Assembly (NCBI GenBank): GCA_026936335.1 | Contig: JAPMXV010000018.1 | Span: 1 to 64,000 of the forward strand | DNA: 64,000 nt | DNA from: Mantamonas sphyraenae STR306 | Taxonomy: Eukaryota > Protista > CRuMs | Direction: 5' to 3' | Position numbers and translations under genes: made by a program | Shown: piece by piece, positions 57,938 through 64,000 of the stretch | How positions within the stretch are numbered: the stretch's first letter is position 1 | How the letters are laid out: each line of letters begins with the position of its first letter | The notes under the pieces: generated by a model | The model's database searches: none | The model's input: the letters and a program-made list of their open reading frames with translations, nothing else | What the model was told of the DNA's origin: nothing

Positions 57938-59953
57938 CTACGCTTTCGCCTCAACCTTCTGCTCCTTCGCCTCGGATCCCTCATTCCCTTTCCCCTCCTT
58001 CTCTTTCTTCTTGTCATCTGCTTCGTCGTCATCCACGCCAGCCTCCTCATCATCGCCCGTGTCTTCGCTGTCGCTCTCGCTGTCCAGGCCGGGCTTCTTC
58101 TTCCCGTCCGCCGGCCCGTCCGAGTCGGCCTCAAACAGTCGCATGCCCAGCTTCTCGTCGTCCTCGCTGTTCATCCCTGCGTACATCCGGATCTTCTTTT
58201 CCAACTCCTCCAGCACGCTGTGTCCCTTTGTCCCTTCTTCCTCCTTGTCAAACTCGTCCTCCTCGCCATGGCCACCCCCAAGCGGCGGCAGCTTCTCCAG
58301 CTCGTCGTCGCTGCTCGAATCGCTGCTCGAACCATCCTCGTCCTGCTCCTGTGTCTGCACGCCAAACTCTTCGTCCCAGCCTCCATGGCCTTCTTGTCGG
58401 CTTGTTGAGACCGTGCGTCCTTTGCTCCAGCTTGCTGTCCCTCCGTTGCCGTCGCCTGCACCTCGATTTCCTCTCCTTCACCTTGTCACCTCCCGGATAG
58501 ATGGACATCTCGTCGTAGTCCTCTCCTGGGCCATCCTCCCCTTCGGACGCGCTGCTCATCACCAGGCCCTGCTCCCGCGCCTCCCGCGCCTTGGCAAAGC
58601 TCGCCACCTCCGCGTCCGTCAGCACCTTGGTTACAGGTGCCATGTCCGTGTTGTACGGCTTGGCAAACCCTTCCCGCCTCACCGCTTCCAGAAACGCATC
58701 CAGCACCTCCCGCTCGTCCGCAAAGCTTCGCTTGCTGTTCACAAACTTGCGGTACGCCTTGCGCAGCAACGGGCACTCCAGATCCATTCCCTGCATGTAC
58801 TTCATCTTCCACAGGTGGAACGGCTCTCCTCCACACGAAGGCGGCGGCATCCCTTCCGGATCGCTTTCCATCTGTTGTGGTGGTCACCACGATCCCACCC
58901 ACACCAGGGTGTCAGTCTCGCAACACCTCTCCCGTCTCCCACTCCCTTGCACGGGGTTGCCAATCACCCTTTCTACCCTAACCCCACACGTGCACCTACC
59001 GTCATGAACCAGTAGTTCAACCCGATGTTTCTTCCGTACGAGTTGACCTGATGCCACCACCCGTACGGGATGTACAGACAGTCGCCAGCATGCAGCTCCG
59101 CCGTGTTGGTCTGAACTTTGCTAAACAGAGGATAGCGCTCCAGATCCACCGCGTCCACGTCGATTGGGCTCGTCCCGTACGGCTTGCCCTCTTTGCAGTA
59201 CGCCTCCTCCACATACGACGGAGGCATCATCACAAGTTTCTTTACGCCGTCAAACACGCACAGGATGTTTTCCAGCGTATCCTGGTGCAGCACACTACGC
59301 GTTCCGCCGCTGCTGAACCACATGTGCCGCGTGTGCAGCTGGTCCAGAAATATGTCGCAAAACAGAGACGAAGGCACTCCCACCTCTTCCGGGTACGCGG
59401 CTCCAGGCAACTCTTCGCCCAGCACATACAGTTCCTCCCCGGCCTTGTCATACCGGGCCAGAAAATCCTTCAGGAGGCCCTTTTGCGCGTTCAGCGACCG
59501 GTTCTCCTTCTTTGCCACCTCGAACGTGACCTGCACCTCCCCATACTTCTCCAACAGGTAGCTGTCGTTCTTCCACATGCTCGACATCGGCCAGTGCGTC
59601 ACTGCCTGCCGAAAAATCACCGGCTTTTGCTTGCGAATGTACCGCTTAAAGAACGTTCTCGGTGCCAGGAACCCTTCGACCTCGCTCACCGGGCCCAAAT
59701 CTTTGCCCTGCTGTCCAAACGGCTTCAAGTGGCCCTTTGGCATCGTCTTGCCAGCGCCTGCAGTGTTTCCGGTCGACGCGCCCGTTCCCGACGCCTTCTC
59801 GCCAGCTGCCGTCCCTCCCGACGCGCTGGCAACGCCGTCTGCCAACGCCAGACACACCACCAATGCCAGTGTAAATACCACAGCCACAGTCACTCTGCTG
59901 GTCCCATGTGCTTGTGTCCTTGTCCATCCAAATCGCATCTTTGGCGGTTGCAT
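57938..59953 (-). CDS. JmjC (cupin-8-like) 2-oxoglutarate oxygenase with N-terminal signal/TM segment and acidic C-terminal tail
   Basis: 'QKPVIFR', 'SVLHQDTLEN', 'LHAGDCLYIPYGWWHQV' (HxD...H). Intron 58872-58999 joins to ORF 58248..58871; probable frameshift near 58400 into ORF 57938..58360. Confidence 0.85.
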
Positions 59954-60041
59954 TGAAAACGAGAAAAAGTGTGGCGAGCGCAGAGCGCAGCGCTTGCCTG
60001 GCCACCCCAATCTCCTCTGGCAAGCCCGGCAACTGCACAGC

Positions 60042-62416
60042 ATGTTCGCTCCTCTGCTTGTCGTCGACTCTGTCCGACAGGCCACCAACAACGACTTTTT
60101 CAACGGCGCTCTCTGGGTGGCCATCTTGAGTGCGGCGAGTGGCCTCGCCTACTACCTTCTCGGCATCGTCTGGGACTGGTTCATGCGCAGCTTCATCGTC
60201 TCGGTGCAGCTCAACAACAGCGATGAAGCGTTTGACAATGTCATCCGCTGGCTGGCCGAGCGAGACACGTTCCTGAACTCCCAGAAGCTCAAGGCCCAGG
60301 TCAAGAAGCAGCGCAAGAAGCGAAGCTGGTGGCAAGGTAGGTGTTCGAAGTGTGCACTTGTTGTCCATCCTAGCCATGCAGTCATCCCTTCTTGCCACAC
60401 CCATCCCCCCCTGTGGATAAACCTCGGCGCAGCTTCCGGGTCTGATCATCGCAAACCCAGCCGAGGACCCACACACTGACACCTCCGCACACGGCCACGC
60501 CTCCCACAGACGACCGTGAAGACCAGGCTGTGCAGCTCGATTACGTCCCCGGTGACGGTGTGCACATCTTCAAGTACAAGGGCAAGACAATCTGGGTCAA
60601 CCGCACGTCAAACAGCGACCTCACCAACAAGGGCTGGGACAACAAGCCCTTCCAGTTCCAACACCTGGTCTTCTGGTGCTTTGGCCGCGACACTCAGATC
60701 TTCAAGGACATGTTTGCAGACGCCATGGAGGCCGTCTACGAAAAGGACTTTGGCAAAACGCGCATCTTTGTCCTCAACGAATACGGCTACGACTGGACAG
60801 AGGCCATGGCCAAGGACCCACGACCCGTCGCTTCGGTCATCCTCGACGCTGACCAAACTCAGATGATCCTCGAGGACGCGCGTGAGTTTCTGGCGAGCGG
60901 CGAGTGGTACTCCAAGCAAGGCATCCCCTACCGCCGCGGCTACATGCTCTACGGTCCGCCAGGCTGTGGCAAGACGTCATTTGTGCAGGCTCTGGCGGGC
61001 GAATTGGGCCTGAACATCTGTGTGCTCACCCTCTCGTCCAAGACCCTCGACGACCAATCTCTCAACTTCCGCCTCCACGACGTGCCGGCCAAGTCCATCA
61101 TCCTGCTGGAGGACGTCGACGCCGTGTTTGTTGACCGTGAGAGTGTCAAAAAGGACGCCGAGCAGCGCATCACCTTTTCTGGCCTGCTCAACGCCCTGGA
61201 TGGTTGCGGCTCCCACGAGGGCAGCATGTTCTTCATGACCACCAATCACCTGGAGCGCCTGGATCCTGCGCTGATCCGACCGGGACGTGTGGATCTGCGT
61301 GTGGAGTTCAAATTGGCCTCGCGCATCCAGATCAAGCGCATGTTTCTGCGCTTCTTTGAGGGACAAACGTCGCTGGCAACCCGCTTCAGCGTCGAGGTGC
61401 CCGAACACAAGATCAGCATGGCCATGCTCCAAGGTCACTTTCTCAAGCACAAAGACAGTGCCAAGGCCGCACTGGAAAACATCCCCGAGCTGTTGGCCCA
61501 GGCCGAAAAGGCTGCTCGGCGCAACACCAGCGAATTCAAGGGGGTGCCCACACGCCTGTGGCTGCGCCGCCTGGGTCTCGAGCAGTACGCCAGCGCGTTT
61601 GAGGAGCAAGAGTTGAAGCATGTTGACGATCTCAAGGACCTGGACGACTCCACCCTGGACAGCATCAAGGTCAAGTCTCTTGGACACCGCAAACGCATCC
61701 AGGGCATGATCAACGGAGACGCAGAGGTGCGTGCTGACTACGCCTTTGTCACCAAGATGCAAGCCCGCGAAATCTTTCTGCGCGTGTTTGGCGCCGCCGC
61801 CTTGGCGGGCAGCGGCCAATCCTCTTCCTCCTCCTCGTCTTCGGCTCTCCAGCGCACCGAAAGCGGCTCCATTGTCGAAGTCCTGGAGTTGACGTCGTCA
61901 TCGAGTGCAGACGATAAGCACGTGCTGCGCACGGGCAACATGTACGCCGACGCGTTTGTGGATCTGATTCCCGTGGACTCGGTCAGCGTGTGCCAAGTCC
62001 GCGAGTACCTCTTTCGCTACGATGGCAACCCCAAGGCGGCGGTGGACAACATCGATGAGCTCATTGGCGAGCGCAACGACGACAAGGACGAGCTGGACAT
62101 GAAGCTGCGCCTCTTTCGCACACAGCGTGCCAAGATGGACAGCCAGCCCACGTACGAGGACCAACCCATTCTCCAGTGGCTCTCTGAGCAAGATCCCTGC
62201 CTCCACGTCGCTGGAGATGTCCTTGTGGCCGAGAACATCGACTCGACCGACCTGCTTCTCCAAACAGAACCCGACACCGTGGTTGATCTCGTCGCTGAGA
62301 AGCTCGACGACAAGCCAGAGACCAAGCTCACCCTGGGCACAAAGCTGCGCCTGCGCAAAGCTATTGCGGAGCTCAAGAAACGCAGCCAGAAGGCCAAAAA
62401 GGCAGCGGGGAATTGA
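60042..62416 (+). CDS. BCS1: BCS1-like AAA ATPase with C-terminal SAM domain(s)
   Basis: Exon 1 60042-60336, intron 60337-60509; 'WYSKQGIPYRRGYMLYGPPGCGKTS', 'LLEDVDA', 'TFSGLLNALDG', 'LDPALIRPGRVD'; SAM-like 'WLRRLGLEQYASAF...LGHRKRI'. Confidence 0.92.
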
Positions 62417-62543
62417 GGAAGAAGAAGAGTGAAATGACCTGAGTCATGCCTTGTGATTTGCATTCCGCTTCCCATCCCACACATTCCTTCTCGCTCGACT
62501 CTCATTCTCCACTCTTCCACACCCACCTGACCCCTCTCACGTC

Positions 62544-63972
62544 TCACTCGTCCTTTTTGGACGTCGTCTGCAAGGGGATGGAGGAGAACCAATCGACGGC
62601 GCTGTCCTCGCTTCCCTTGCCACTCAGCCGCGACACATACATCTTGAGACGTGGGAATCGGTTCATGAGAGCTCGCCAGGTAAACATGTAGATGCCAAGA
62701 AAGAGGACAAGGACGCGGATGGGCACAAAGCCGAGCACCAGGCTGAGCACAAGCACAGCCAGGGCAAATTCACGCGACTTTTTCGCATCCACCCACAGAA
62801 GCAGACAGTTGATACGTTGCATGACCTCGATGGCCCGCTTGGTCTGCTCCTGAACCACCAGCAGCTTCTCGTAGATGGATTGTTCCTCCGACGCCGACGC
62901 CTGTTTGAGCTGGGCGTTGACGCGGTCCAGATCTGTTGGCCGCGGCATTTTGCCCAGCACGTACCGGTAAAAGTTGCGTGCCAGGATGTACAACAGAAAC
63001 ACTGTGGGCAGAAAGATCAGCCTGTCGTAGTAGGCGGCGTAGAGCAGTGCCGAAAAGCCCATCAGCGACCGCACAGGCCGCTCCCAGTTGATCAGCTCCT
63101 GGATGTAGTTTGCTCCCTCTTTCAGCGGGCTCACGGTTGCCTGCATGCTGCTCATCACCGCTGCAAACTCGCTAAAGTGAAACTGTGGCTTGACACGCTC
63201 CTCCCCTTCCCGTTTGCTCTCGGTCCGCACCGAGTCTGTGCGTGTGCGCCCAAACAGCGACGAATACAGACCCAGCGTCGATTCGATTGTGTATGTCAAT
63301 TCCAGCGTCACATGCCCTTGTGGCACAATCGTCGACGTGTGGTAGTGCGATTCGCCCAGCTTCAGCACCAGCTGTTCCCTCCCACGTGCCCGTGTCGTGT
63401 CAGTGGCTTTGTCCACATACTCCTCCTCACCCTCTCCCGTCCACCAGCCCTCCTCAACCCACAGAAACGGGCTGCCCGTGGCTGTAGTCCGACAGTGAAA
63501 CGCGAGCTTCACCCAGAAAGTCGTCCTTCTTCAGGTTGTCTTTGTCAAACACCAGCACTCGGAGCTCGGACAAAGGATCCGTGATTTGACTGCACACACA
63601 CACACACACACGCACACATTACTCTGTGTCAGCCTCTCCGTACCCCGTCTGACGCAGCCCTTGCGCTCTCGGGCTTGCTTGATCGCCGTTCACACAAAAT
63701 GGCAGCAAGCCGTTCGCCAAGAGCTGGCACGCGGCTTCTCCTCGCACCTCCCACGCAGTCCCTTTGACACCACTCCCTGCGGGCGACACTCACAATTCCG
63801 TCTCAAAGTTCCACACCGGATGCAGCGATTTGTCCACCACCTCTGTGCGTGCTTCTTGGTCTTCGCAAACCAGCACCGCGTACGGGTCGGACAAGCCACT
63901 GATGTCTCCAATGGCCAGGTCGCTGCCCTGCACCAGTTTCACATACAACGTGCCAATTCCCTTGGTGGACAT
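62544..63972 (-). CDS. C2-domain + PRT_C-like transmembrane protein (MCTP-like), multi-exon
   Basis: 'LYVKLVQGSDLAIGDISGLSDPY...KSLHPVWN' C2 domain; 'LINWERPVRS', 'LLLWVD', 'DWFSSIP' PRT_C-like. Confidence 0.8.
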
Positions 63973-64000
63973 TCCTTTGTTGGTTGTCCCCCCTTCAATT

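Noticed and set aside
21580-58400. Frameshifts in PKD2, Cdr (two) and the JmjC tail (also ABCA near 17950) as programmed frameshifting or pseudogenes
   Set aside because: They are scattered 1-nt indels, several in short homopolymers, in otherwise intact genes; consensus sequencing errors are more likely. Read data are needed.
1-64000. Species identification, tRNA/rRNA genes, alternative genetic code
   Set aside because: TTAGGG telomeres are widespread; no structural RNA genes were recognised; TAG and TGA end genes normally, so nothing points to codon reassignment.

Overview
This window is the left end of a chromosome from a GC-rich, gene-dense microbial eukaryote. It opens with a (TAACCC)n telomere; genes have short GT-AG introns and spacers often under 100 bp. 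About 23 host genes are visible: a subtelomeric four-repeat protein, an LRR/ankyrin protein, two large ectodomain + multi-TM receptors, a head-to-head pair of ABCA half-transporters, an F-box membrane protein, a PKD2-like channel, an ICMT/NnrU-like protein, a gustatory-receptor-like 7TM protein, two divergent EF1A-like paralogs in a 1.95-kb inverted duplication, TmcB-like, MAT2B/RmlD-like, Clu-TPR, a bacterial-type CoA-disulfide reductase-rhodanese, a secreted hyper-cationic protein, JmjC, BCS1-SAM and C2/PRT_C. The standout is a ~6.08-kb insertion (about 39463-45542) that interrupts a host reading frame and has degenerate terminal inverted repeats. It encodes a giant 1853-aa protein ending in an intact Fanzor1-type rearranged RuvC (D1591/E1741/D1793), followed at once by an ~80-nt nested hairpin that looks like an omegaRNA scaffold. 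I read this as a candidate giant Fanzor RNA-guided nuclease, possibly with a degenerate tyrosine-recombinase-like domain fused upstream. All family calls are from motif recognition by eye; no database searches were run.
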